The translations under genes were made by a program, and so were the position numbers. Below the pieces are notes generated by a model, which ran no database searches, had not been told where the DNA came from, and worked only from the letters and a program-made list of their open reading frames with translations. Source: Octopus vulgaris (Eukaryota). From it: a stretch of DNA of 64,000 nucleotides. The stretch spans positions 34,162,001 to 34,226,000 of the forward strand of contig OX597833.1 in assembly GCA_951406725.2 (NCBI GenBank), read 5' to 3'. Positions 13,678-25,528 of the stretch are shown here, piece by piece (the first letter of the stretch is position 1; each line of letters begins with the position of its first letter).

Positions 13678-14339
13678 ATGAAGACAAATCAAAAATTAAA
13701 TTCACTCTTGTTTCTGTAATTTCTTAAAACAAAAGCAGGAATTGAACAATTACATCATTTTTTTTTACATATTCTTCTTGCTTTTCAATGCACTTCTTCA
13801 GGGTCCACAAGCTTGCTTACTTTTTGGCTGGTTGTGCAGCCATTTATGCATAGTTTCTTCTGCTTCTTTTGGCAAATTGACAACCTTGTAAAGAATGTTC
13901 AAGTGATCCAAAGAGGTGATAGCCAGAAGGAGTGAGGTCTGGACTGTATGCACCTCATTGATGATCACTCATAAGTTCACCAAAGCCATCTCTCAAACTT
14001 GTTGAATTTTCACATCATTGGTGGAAGTTGAAAGGCATCTTGCTCCTTCTTTGAGCTTCATGGCTGTCTGGCCATTTTTAAACTTCTCCATCGACTCCTA
14101 CATGCTTCTATGTGGTAGAGTGCTATCCCTCTTTTGTACTGAAAACCTGCAATGAATTTCTACCTCTGACACATCTTCAAACCAAGGAGATCAGATGACT
14201 GATATCTGTTCTTTGGTGAAAACTGGAAGAACCCCAGTCAAACCTTGGTTGCATAACCACCTTTTAGCATACAAATGCTGAAGGCAGTGTGACCAACCTA
14301 AAGACAGTTTTGGCAAAAGTGCAAATAATTTTTGACTTC
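13678..14339 (-). mobile_element. Internally deleted mariner element
   Basis: Homologous to 56090-57290 at both ends; TIR-like atgaag..a.tcaaaaatt / aatttttgacttc. Confidence 0.7.
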
Positions 14340-14409
14340 TATTATTTATTTATAATTATAATTCAGAGTAATTTTAAAACATCACTGAAATACCATTTTC
14401 ATTTTGCAG

Positions 14410-14579
14410 AATAAAAGATTTAGAACATACAAAGCCTTCTTCCAAAAGTGTGAAGAAAAGTAAATGTAAACATAAAAAAGGCAATATTGAGGAAGTGAAT
14501 ATTGAAGAGGCAGCTCAGAGATATTTGGAGTTTAATGAGAAACTGCAAAAAGAAATTCCATCACAGAAGCAATGTAAGA
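14410..14579 (+). CDS. RRP1B: RRP1B-like exon (tandem donors after 14573 and 14579)
   Basis: ttttgcag|A...AGA|gtaagt; IKDLEHTKPSSK...EEAAQRYLEFNEKLQK. Confidence 0.85.
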
Positions 14580-15438
14580 GTAAGTGTGAGATTCAGTTAT
14601 TTTGTTTATTATCTATTATGCTGTTTTTTCACAGCTGGACTTACAGCTTAAGTAATGCATATCACTTTCATCCTTCCATTTATCTACTCAACCATTTGTC
14701 TTTCTATCCAGTCTCCCATCCTTCTTACCCAAATATCTATTGTCTATGTATGTCAATTCTTCTAAATGTCTTCCACTTAAAATATATTTCAGATATAGTT
14801 GAGATTACACCAGAAATTTTATTGTGAATATGTAGAAGTGTTTGTGTCTACTTGTTTGAATTTGAATCCTTATTTATTAAATGTTTAACATTCAGGATAA
14901 AGCCCTCATAGGATACATAGAACATTACAATTGTAGTATAAGACATCATCAAAGAAAAGTTATGCACATTATTGGATTTTGAAATGAACTTGTGCATATA
15001 AAACAAGTACAAGGAAATATACATAAATTTTGAAATCATAAAATGAAATGAATGTGCACACAAATTACACTTCCTCTTTTATCATTATAGTGATTCAGAA
15101 AACTTGTTAACAAAGGTGGGATATCCTGCTGATAGTGTTAAGTATTATACTGTTAATGAGTTAGATGGTGAGAAAATGTCTCTTAACTATATTGCTAACA
15201 ACTGGAGTGTGTATGTACACTTTATAGCTTGAGCAGCTCAAAGTATCATTTCGAAATATCTTCTATAGTTTTATAATTTTAAAACGATACTTCTACTTGC
15301 AATAAATTTTGATGGTGATGATGATGTATGTGTTTCCTACTAACTTCTCTCTTTCTGTCTCATCTATTCTTCTCAATCTCTCCAACCACCCTCTTGCTGT
15401 ATCTTTTCCACTCTCTAACTTCCCAGTTTCTATTACAG

Positions 15439-16631
15439 AACTTGAAATATTACAGTACAAGAAGAAACGAGCCCAGGAAAAATGTAATGGAGAGCGAAAG
15501 AAGGAAAAAGACAGAGTGGCAGATGAGGAAGAGGAGGAGAAAGATGTTGAGGATGCCGAGGAGGGGGAAGAAGAGGATGGAGATAGTACAGAGGAGGAAG
15601 AAGAAGAGGATGGAGAGAGTACAGAGGAGGGAGAAGAAGATGGAGAAAGTATGGAAGAAGATAATGAGGACATGGGCTGTGAGTTTATACGTTTTGAAGC
15701 TGAAGAAGATGATGATGATGATTTTGATACTGAAGAAGAGGAGGAGGGGGAAGATATGTGGGCTGTTGAAGAAGAAGAAGAAGAAGAGGAGGAGGAGGGA
15801 GAAGATGTGTGGGATGTTGAAGAAGAAGGTACAAGTGATGAAGAAGAGGATGGAGAAAATGTGTATGATAATGATGATGAAGAAGATGAGGAAGAATTTG
15901 ATGATGAGTCATTGGGTCTTGGAAAAGATCAAATGATAGACAGTGATAAATTAGATTCTGTTTATACAAATAGAGAACCAGATGATAGTGATGACAATGA
16001 TTATGATGATGAAAATGAGGAAGAGGATGGTCATGATGATGGCTTGGAATTTGATGCTGAAGAGGCATTCCTGAAAATGGAGGAGGAGGAGGAGAGTGAA
16101 GAGGAAAGTAATAGCATAGATGGCAATGAAGAAAGAGGCGATGAAGTTGGTTGTTATATTGTAGATGTTCAAACATGCAACAACAACAGTGGTAGTGAAG
16201 AGGTTAAGAACTCCCAACAACAGCCGCTTGAATCCCAGGCTGGCCCATCACGGAAGCCTAAGAAACATACTGACAGTAGTGCTGATGGTAAACCCTCATC
16301 AGGTAAATGTAAGCGAAAAAATGAAGAGCTGGATGATGACATGATAGAAAAAAAGATGAAGATGATGATAGAGATGATGAGCAAAAAGTTAACAGCAGAC
16401 AAGAAAAAGAAAAAGCGAAAGAAGGTAAAAACACCCTCTGACAGCAATACATCTAAAATCACTGATAATTCGTCTCAGTCAAACTCTAGTTGGTTTGCCT
16501 TGGTGGATTTTGAAAAAGATGATGAGAAAAGAGAGGACATCTGTGGTTCAGTTGACCAGACAGTTAGGAAAGAGAAGGTGAGAAAGAAAAAGAAGAAGCA
16601 AAATGGAGAGGCGACAATAGCAAATAAAAAG
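15439..16631 (+). CDS. RRP1B: RRP1B-like large exon with Asp/Glu-rich tract followed by Lys-rich segments
   Basis: ttacag|AA...AAG|gttagt, inside ORF 15309-16649; phase compatible with both flanking exons. Confidence 0.85.
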
Positions 16632-16966
16632 GTTAGTTGTTTTAATTAGTTTGTGTGTCTGTTTCTCTGCATGAAAATTTATCTCTGCTCATCTCTTTTG
16701 AGGTTTGATCTACCTATCTATATTGAAGTCTTCACTCATTTCTGTCTCTGTTGAGGTCAGTTTCCATTTAGGCTTTATGTGTGTATATGTTCATGAAACT
16801 AAGATTCCAAAATTTACAAATCCTGATTCACTGGTTAGACTAACACCCTGGAGTACCCGTGAAGATCTGGCCTATATTAGAGAGTGAACAGGCACATTGG
16901 CACTTTATCTGCATTTTGTAGTGGTGATAGTTGAAGCTTGTGTGCCATCATTTCTACATCTGCTTT

Positions 16967-17596
16967 AATAATAATAATAATAATTGTGTACAGTGCTCAG
17001 GTGCACTACAACTCATCTAAAGTGTATATATAATCAGGTGAAGTTTCGGCGGATTTCGGAAAGCATGAGGGCCTTAAAAGATGCAGTGTCATGGCAGTCA
17101 ACAACTGACGCAGGCAGTTTATTCCATGCTTCAGCAACTCTGAGCGTGAAAAAATGTTTCCGAAAGTCATGGGAGCTGTATTGTTTTCTGACTTTGTAGG
17201 CATGTCCACGTGTGTTAGACACATGGAGATCAAAAAGGTGTTCAGTGTTGTTGTTGGTGAGGTGGTTGATAACTTTGTGGGTGTTTACCAAGTCCGTCGC
17301 CAAACGCCGGAGCTTCAGTGAATCCATGCCCAGGGAAACAAGGCGCTCAGAATATGGTAGGTGTCTGATGGAGGGTATGCGTTTGGTTGCACGTCTCTGG
17401 ACAGATTCCAGGAGGTCAATGTTCTGTGCAAGATAGGGGTTCCAAACTGATGATGCGAATTCCAAGTGTGGTCGTACCATAGCTGTATACAGTTTTAAAT
17501 AGATGGCTGGAGAGCGGCTAACAAAAGACCTGCTGAGTGATGCCAAGACACCCTCGGCCTTCCTGACAATCTTAGAGATATGCTTTGACCAACGTA
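16967..17596 (-). mobile_element. 5'-truncated CR1/L2-clade LINE (3' end of ORF2 and tail)
   Basis: ORF 17034-17546: LYTAMVRPHLEFASSVWNPY...LESVQRRATK...TRGH...FFTLRVAEAWNKLP; (TTA)n tail at 16967-16984; open frame and retained CpGs suggest a young copy. Confidence 0.92.
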
Positions 17597-18052
17597 GTCA
17601 TACTGTTATGGATTGGTCGTCTTTTCGTGGCAGTATTCTAAAGCTGATTGTACTTTAGAATACAGGCATTTCTAAATGGTTAAGACGCTTGGTTCAACAA
17701 CCATGAGGCCTTGTTCAGTCCTGTAGCCCAATACCTTGCACAAGTTCCTTCTTTTATAGCTTTGTGTTGACCCAAGCTTGATGGGTGAAATTTATGAGAC
17801 AGAAACTGAAGGCTCATCAGTGGTTTATACCTGTAAATCAAAAACCTCAGCATTGTCATACAGCATAAGGTTAGTCATCCTGAGAATTACAAATGTGTGA
17901 ATAATACTTAATCCTTTACAATATAGTGCAGTATATAAGTTGTTCTGTCGATCACACAGTTGAAATAATGTCGAAATCATTGAAGAATCTTATATATGTT
18001 TATACAAGAGTGTACATAATTTTGATTTTAGCTATTTAGATGAATTGCAGTT

Positions 18053-18083
<31 letters not shown>

Positions 18084-18134
18084 GTATGTATATATGCACA
18101 CACACACATATCATTTCATTTGTTTATAAACCAG

Positions 18135-18665
18135 GATAAAAAGAACAAGAGGAATAAGAAGGCAAAGCAACACAATATAAATTCAAAACAGACATTTCCA
18201 TTACCAACTGGACTGAAGACTTCTCCAGATCTGCACGTTGTTTATGACCAGCTGAAAGATACTGTCAATACCAAGCAGATGCGGCAGACTGGAGTTGCAG
18301 ATAAAAAGATAAAACACAAGCTAAATCGTTATTTTGATATGGTTGCTAAAAGTAATCTATTAAATGAGGTGTCATCTACTGCTGTTAATAATAATGAGGA
18401 CAATAAGAAAGAACCTGTTCTTTTAAATGATAATGAGAACAACAAAAAAGGACCTGATAATAAGAGCAATAAAAATAAGAAGAAGAAGCACAATAACAAT
18501 ATTGGTAATGGTAGCAGCAATACTAAGGTTAAAAGTGTGAAACCTGCCAAAGCAGGTCAACCACTACAACTGGCAGAAAACTTTAAAAACTTTTGTGAAT
18601 CACCACCAGCATTTTTCCAGAATGCTGTTTCAAAGGTTAAAATGTCTGCAACTAGAAAAAAAAAT
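18135..18665 (+). CDS. RRP1B: RRP1B-like exon (Lys/Asn-rich)
   Basis: aaccag|GAT...AAT|gtaagt, inside ORF 18045-18899; ends ...FCESPPAFFQNAVSKVKMSATRKKN. Confidence 0.85.
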
Positions 18666-19225
18666 GTAAGTCTTACTATTTCTTTTTCCTACATTTTGCA
18701 ATGGTCTTTTTGGTATTTTAACTACTGTATTTATTTGTGCATAATCTGCATTTGTTTTCTTGAAAAAATGGTAGTATGTTTTCTACAGTGTTGTTTTCCA
18801 GCTTCGTCTCACTTTCAGTTATTTTTTTTGTCATTTAGTATACATAACCTTCTAATGTTTCTATACAGAAATGACTGTAAATCTGACTGGACACTATAAT
18901 ACTAAAGAAAAGTCAGTGTGTGCTATACTTGTGTTATCACTAAATTTTAGGAGTCAGTGTACATAAAAAATTTTTGCCTTGCACAAAATTTTCCCTGTGA
19001 CAAATGTATGTGTGCACTAATGTACTGTTTTTTTTTTCTTCTCTTTGGTACTCTGGTTGCAAACCAGGTGTACATATACACATACAGAGTTTAGAAGGGA
19101 CAGTGCACATGAAACTTTTTCCTAATTCCTTCTTATTTTTTTAATTCTGTATTTTACATATGCACACAAGTGGACAGGTTTGATTCCTAACAGGTCATAC
19201 TATCATACCAGTCTTTCTCATTGGG

Positions 19226-19272
<47 letters not shown>

Positions 19273-19929
19273 TCATTTGTATGGTTAACAGCATGTCATC
19301 ATTTTGATGACATGTTTGTTTATTCTTAAAAGTTTTGGGAGATTCCAATGCAAATATGTAAATGCTGTTGTGTTCATCACAGGAGATCAGCTTCTTTACA
19401 ATGAATACATGTTCATAACACACTTGATTCATTAGTACAAGGGATTCTGTCTGGGATGCTAGTGTTTTGACATGTTGTATTCTGTCAGCTAAATGTACAT
19501 GGACCATTGAATCTAACAAGAACTGATGGCCTTGTATATAATTTGAGTACAAACTGTTTACTGATCCATGCTGATATCTGCCAACCAATATAAAAAATGT
19601 CATTTGCATGGTGAACATGTTCTGAATTTGTGTTTATACAAGAGTGTGCATAATTTTGATTTTAGCTATTTAGATGAATTGCAGTTGTCAAGCAGTGGGG
19701 AAACATTCCCCACTGCTTAGCAACCAGTGTTGGTTTCTTTGCATCCCTGTAACTTAGTGGTTTGGTCAAAGAGACTGATAGAATAAGTACCATACATAAA
19801 AATAAGTACTAGGGTCAATTTGTTTGACTAAATTCGTCAAGGTGGTGCCCTAGCATAGCCACAGTCCAAAGACTGAAACAAGTAACAATTAATGTTTCTA
19901 TTTCTACTATATAGATTTTTTTTTATTAG

Positions 19930-20480
19930 AGCAAAGAAACAGGCCTGAAAGGACTGGGTGTGGAGAACTATATCAGGTAGCTATATCTAGGAGACAGGTA
20001 TATGTAGTTAGGGGAGAAACAGAAAGTTTGCCGTTGTTCAGAGGCTTGGGGTGTTTCACATTGTGAGACTGTTGGAGAAAATCATGGTGTTGTAGGGAAG
20101 AAGTGTTTTTGCACAGATGATTGTACACTTTGGAGTAAATGATTCTACAAAGAAAGAGGCCTGGAAGTGCCACTATAAAAGGTGCTATGCATGGGAAAAG
20201 GAGAATCTGCCTGAGGTGGACCCAACTGAGGGACTGGCTACCTGAATTGACAGTAGCTTAGTAGATAAAGCAATTAAGGATAGAGAGAGAGGGAAAGCCC
20301 CTGGCCTACCAAGAGTCACCACTGAGATGCTTAAAATATCTGGAGTGGGATATGGTCTAGTCACCCATTTAGTTAATCAGGTTATCCTTGAAGGAATCAT
20401 TCCCAACTGGTGTAGCAGCATTGTAGTTACCTGCTACAAAGGTAAAAGTGATGCCTTAGAAATAATTACAGAGGTATCAA
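19930..20480 (+). mobile_element. Decayed RTE-type LINE fragment
   Basis: Remnant peptides 'GKAPGLPRVTTEMLK', 'WCSSIVVTCYKGKSDAL..NYRGIKL'; related to 50160-51420. Confidence 0.65.
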
Positions 20481-21351
20481 ATTGCATGGCTGTGTGATTA
20501 AGAAACTTGCTTCCCAAACATGTGGTCTCAGGTTCAGTCCTACTGCACAGCACTTTAGGCAAATCTTTTCTACTATAATCTTGGGCTGACCAAAGCCTTG
20601 TGAGACATGGTAAATTGAAACTGAAAGAAGCCCATTGTGTGTATCTTTGTCTTGATATCATGTGATGGTTGTAAATGAGTATTGCCCTCATACAAGTGAT
20701 GTTCATTTTCTGTCTGAAAAACTCTATCTGTCCAAAGGGAAATATTACCTTGCTTGGAAACAGATAAGGTTAGCCGCAGGAAGTGCATCAACTCTAGAAA
20801 TCCTGTCTGTGCAACCATGGAAAAGTGGACATTGAATGATGATGAATGAATGAAATGACTGGAATGCTTTTGGTGATAGGTTTACTGAATCAGATTTGAC
20901 CTAGGGCTAAACTGTTTGATAGACTGTTCAGATCCATACAAATCAGTAATATCTGTTGCTCTCTTACACCAATAAAGGAGAAGGAGGGCTCCTGCCAGAC
21001 ATCTACACTTTCTGGATTTATTATTAAAAGCTGTTTTTGATGCCAAACTTTGACATAATAGGAAAACTCAGTGTTGTATACTTGAAGTAATCAATCAAAT
21101 AAATGAAAGGAGGTCAGATACACAGCAGAAAAGGTGCACATGAAAATGGAAAGGAATTAACAGACTAGATGATTCTCTAGAAGTAATAGGTAGTTCCAGT
21201 TATGTAAGTGATTTAATTAGTGCTGGAGATGCTTGTAGTAAAAAATAATTGTAGCTAAAGTAAGAGCTGGAAACGTTTCAAAATGCTTGCTGATTACTCT
21301 GGCAATAAAGTGTTTCTCCATCTTGCAAAACTCAAATTATAAGAATATGTG

Positions 21352-22450
21352 TATGAGATTCAGCTGAAAAGTTCATAGGCTGACTGAGATACTCTCATTG
21401 AAAATGACCAAATGCAATTTATTTTTCAACATAGTCCTCCTTGCAGTCCACACACTTCTTCCATCGGTGTTGCAGTGCTTGGACTCTACTAGTGAAGCAG
21501 CTTTCATCCTGTTGGTTAAAAAAGTCATCAACAGCAGATATGCTGTCATCATCACTGTGATACTGGTTCCTAGCCAGGTGTTTTATCCTGTTGAGGAACA
21601 GATGATAATCAGATGGGGCTAAATCAGGAGAATAGGGAGGATGATCAACCAGTTCAAAGAGTCACACACAGCAGGCAGTATTGCTCTGATAAAAGAAGGC
21701 CCATTTCATCACTTTTTTATGGGTGTTTAGTTTTGATAGTCTTTTGTAACTACCTCAGCAAGTTGGTATTGTAGTCTCTTTTGATGTTGTGGTCCTTTTG
21801 AAGTTAGTCAACACAATTACCAAAAACTGAGGCCATCATCTTCCCAACAGATGAAAAAACCTTGGCCTTCTTTGGAGCAGGTAAGGAGAGATGTTTTCAC
21901 TGCATGAATTGTCTCTTAGTCTCTGGCTCAAAGTGATGATGTGTCTGGTGTGCTTTTGGTTTGGTGTCAGAGAGACATGCCACCCACCAAGCAGAAAATT
22001 TCATTGTGCAGAATATTCTCATCTCTCTCAAGAAATATGCTAATAGCATTGGCTCTTTGGTTTTGTTGACCACAAGGCAACTGACAATAAACCAATGTTT
22101 TCTTTGGTGGTGGCAGTTGTAGGAAATCCAGACCTTGGGTTATCTTCAAGGCTCACTGTTCCTCTCCTAAATTCATCAGTCCATTTTTGCACATTTGATA
22201 AAGATAGAGCATCATCTAATGTAACAACCATGTCAGCACGAATGTCCTTATTGGTTTAGCCCTTTTACTGTGAGTACTTGGTAACACCACAATGTGAAAT
22301 TTTATCCATTTTGAAGAGAAGTTGATGCTAGTTACTTTTGAAGTCTGAATAGTCAGATGTCAGTTTACCTGGAAATAATGTGGTTATTAATAAGAAAACA
22401 TGAAACTAATGCATGCAAGATGTGTAGTGATGTTGGGGTGCACACACATA
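21352..22450 (-). mobile_element. Decayed mariner element
   Basis: Minus-strand HTH remnant 'MVVTLDDALSLSNVQKWTDEFRRGTVSLEDNPRSG' and C-terminal remnants; terminus tatgagattcagctgaaaagttc. Confidence 0.75.
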
Positions 22451-23437
22451 CAGTGTATGTATTTGCTGTGCTACATGAATCAGACAGATTTTGTTTAGGT
22501 AGATTTTCTATGGCCAGGTGTTCGTCCTGTTTCCAAGCTAGGTAATGTTACTCCATGAATGACTGAAAAGGAACAAAATTGTTTTGGGGATTTCATTTGC
22601 AGTTATCTTGTGTACATGCATACATTCACACATATATAAATATATAACAGGCTTCTTTCTGTCAGATCCACTCACAAGGCTTTGGTTAGCCCAGACACTT
22701 GCCCAAGCTGCCATGTAGTGGAACTGAACCTGAGGCCACATAGTTGAAAAGCAAGCTTTTTAAACTACACAGAATGATTCCTCTCTGTTAGGAGTGCTAT
22801 TGCTTGCATGGGTCAGATAGAATTTATTGAGGCAGATTTTTCATAGCCAAATCAACTCTCACCTGTTTCCTAACTGGGAAGATTTCCTCATGGCCAGACA
22901 TGTTTTCACAAGATTGGAAATGCAGGACACTATTTGTTTGATAGTGACACTCATTTGCAATCATTATGCAATGTCAAGGCAAGGATGCACGCATACACAT
23001 GATAGGCTTCTATCAGTTCCTATCTACCAAATCCACTCCCAAGGCTTTAGAAGATACTTGCCCAAGATGCCTTGCAATGCGACAGGACATGAAACTACTT
23101 GATTGTGAAGTGAACTTAATAATTGCACAACTCTGCCTTCACCTAATACAATTAAAAAAAAAGCAAGGTGGTGTCTCCTCGGTTTTTGATTATATTTTCA
23201 GTATGATCAAGTCATACATACTGTTAAATGAGTAATAGGTACTATGATTCCAAAAGAGAACATAGGTTATGAATTTTAGCTTAGCTCTGAAAACAGTTAC
23301 TTATTATGAACCAGTCTGTCATTTGTTTTGTCTTTAGTTAGAACGTTTAGCTATGTACAACTGTGTAACTTTTGAAAGTATGCAGTTTGACTAAGTTTTA
23401 TATAAATACATATTAGTTTTTATTTTATGTGTTATAG

Positions 23438-23522
23438 AAGCCCCAAATTATCTCAACAGATCTAAGTGATGCTGGTTTACAAGACAGAAAGTCAGTCAGT
23501 TTTGACATGAATCAAAACAAAG
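23438..23522 (+). CDS. RRP1B: RRP1B-like exon with RVxF-type PP1 docking motif
   Basis: ttatag|AAG...G|gttggt; KPQIISTDLSDAGLQDRKSVSFDMNQNK, compare KKVTFGLNRN of vertebrate RRP1B. Confidence 0.85.
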
Positions 23523-23775
23523 GTTGGTGCTTTCAGATTTTTTTTTTGAAAATTACTAAGCAGAATCAACCTCATTTGTCTTTATCTTTTTTGTTTTCAA
23601 TGATGAGATAGGTTAAATGAGATTTATTGGGGCAGATTTTCTATAAGTAGAGCCTCTTCCTGTTGCCAACCTTCTTCAATTGTCAAAAGCAACTGAAGTG
23701 TGAGACTTTTTGTTTACTGGAAAATTTGAACAGTGTCACTGTTTTTGCAAAGATGGTATTTATGAAATTTATTTA

Positions 23776-24010
23776 AAGGCGGCGAGCTGGCAGAAACGTT
23801 AGCACGCCGGATGAAATGCTTAGCAGTGTTTCGTCTGCCGCTACGTTCTGAGTTCAAATTCCGCCGAGGTCGACTTTGCCTTTCATCCTTTCGGGGTCGA
23901 TTAAATAAGTGCCAGTTACGCACTGGGGTCAATATAATCGACTTAATCCGTTTGTCTGTCCTTGTTTGTCCTCTCTGTGTTTAGCCCCTTGTGGGTAGTA
24001 AAGAAATAGG
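23776..24010 (+). mobile_element. Young tRNA-derived SINE with flanking direct repeat
   Basis: tRNA-like head ggcggcgagctggcagaa...gagttcaaattcc, core gactttgcctttcatcctttcggggtcga, CpG-rich; 14-bp direct repeat ggtatttatgaaat at 23755-23768 and 24009-24022. Confidence 0.85.
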
Positions 24011-24495
24011 TATTTATGAAATCACAGATCAACATACGTACACACACATGTACATGTACAATTTGAATTGTACAGCATGCAACCTGTATTTAGAACTTTG
24101 TATGAATCTTTATACATTGAAGAAGACAAACTGTATATTACAAAGTTTCCTTTTCCTTGTTAATCAAAAAGTGCTACTCTTACAAGATAATGTCCAAGTC
24201 ATTTAGGAGAAGGTTATATTTAGTGTCATAGGTTATGGCACTAAATATGGAAGTTTTACCTCGTTCTCTTTAACCTTCTGGCTAACATCTTTTCAGGTCC
24301 ATTACAACATGAACCTGAAAACAATTTATTAATTGTGAAGAGATTCAAAATGGTATTGAGTGTTTCTTCACTTTGAAACCTGAAGAGTTTTATGCTCAGT
24401 CGATTAGCAATTTGTGAAACAGATGGGATTATATTATCAATAATGAAGAGAAATATTATCTTGATAAAATATATAAATTAAGACCAAAGAAGCTC

Positions 24496-24526
<31 letters not shown>

Positions 24527-24530
<4 letters not shown>

Positions 24531-24817
24531 ATCATGTGACCAACTAGGCCATCAGATGTTGCTACACATCGCTGGTCACAATGCACTTCGCATTGTTTTA
24601 GCCTTCAGTGACCCCACCCCGCTGGCTAAGTGAGCAGGCCAACAGAAGAAAGAATGAAAGTTGTGGTGAAAGAGTACAGCAGGGATCACCACCACCACCC
24701 CATGCCGGAGTCTTGTGGAGCTTTAGGTGTTTTCTCTCAGTAAACACTCACAACTCTTGATCTGGGAATCGAAACTGCGAGTCTGCTGCCCTAACCACTG
24801 GGCCATTGTGCCTCCAC
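24527..24817 (-). mobile_element. tRNA-derived SINE
   Basis: Reverse complement begins gtggaggcacaatggcccagtggttagggcagc...gtttcgattccc (A and B boxes). Confidence 0.7.
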
Positions 24818-24944
24818 ATATATATATTGAAATGTGACAGTACTTTCTTTCCAACCTGATATAGATAAGGCTGATTGTAACAATTCTTGTGATATTAGTT
24901 TGGCAAACATTTACTTTGAAATTTTCGTTTTTCATTGATTTCAG

Positions 24945-25099
24945 CATTTCTGCCAGAGACCCCAATTAGCTCTGAAACACCTTTCAACTCCCAAAAGAAG
25001 CCAAAAACAGGTATTTTGAAACCTTCTCTATCACCAATTCTTGTTGCTAAGAAGAAAAAGGGAATTACGAAGCGACAAAAAGCAGCAGATTTCTTTTGA
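24945..25099 (+). CDS. RRP1B: RRP1B-like last coding exon
   Basis: tttcag|CA...TTC TTT TGA; FLPETPISSETPFNSQKKPKTGILKPSLSP...KRQKAADFF*. Confidence 0.9.
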
Positions 25100-25528
25100 T
25101 TTTTTTTGTACAGCATACAACCTGTATTTAGAACTTTGAATGAATTTTTATACATTGAAGAAGAGAAACTGTATATTACAAAGTTTCCTTCTCCTTGTTA
25201 ATCAAAAAGTGCTGCACAACAAATATGAACATTGCTCTGTTGGACAGAATTTCCATTAAACTTTTATCCAAACGTCTATTTACAACTCCAATATTATATA
25301 TATATTTTATATATATTTCAAATCTGGGTTACTGTTATAACCAACCACTGACATTTCAGTAAACTAATGCCATTTTAGGAGGGATAAAGGCAGATATTCC
25401 ATTGACAACACATCTCACTTCTTTACTGTTTTCTTTTGTTTTTGATGTCCTAGAGAACAAGAAATGATTGAACTAGGTGTATTCCTGGTTTTAATGATTT
25501 TTCTCTCCCCACCCTCCTCAATGAACAT

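Larger units (their letters stand above)
1579..25099 (+). other. RRP1B: Gene span: RRP1/RRP1B-like (Nop52 domain) ribosomal RNA processing protein, 5'-partial, 11 coding exons, about 955 aa visible
   Basis: Spliced translation contains KIWKGIHYRLWMQDKPLIQ, REWNGIDQQRLDKFMM, RKQLYNLIKR, RKSVSFDMNQN, KPKTGILK and the C-terminus RQKAADFF*. These match the Nop52/RRP1B motifs WKGLFYCMWMQDKPL, REWxGIDxxRLDKF, KKVTF and RAxDFF. All introns are GT-AG with compatible phases. Confidence 0.92.

Noticed and set aside
15293-16462. Antisense and alternative-frame ORFs (poly-Ser, poly-His, Met/Lys/Arg-rich)
   Set aside because: Shadows of the GAA/GAG/GAT-rich RRP1B exon.
23776-23865. tRNA-like sequences with A and B boxes (also near 24750-24817 and 53840-53917)
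   Set aside because: They are SINE heads continuous with repeat bodies, not standalone tRNA genes.
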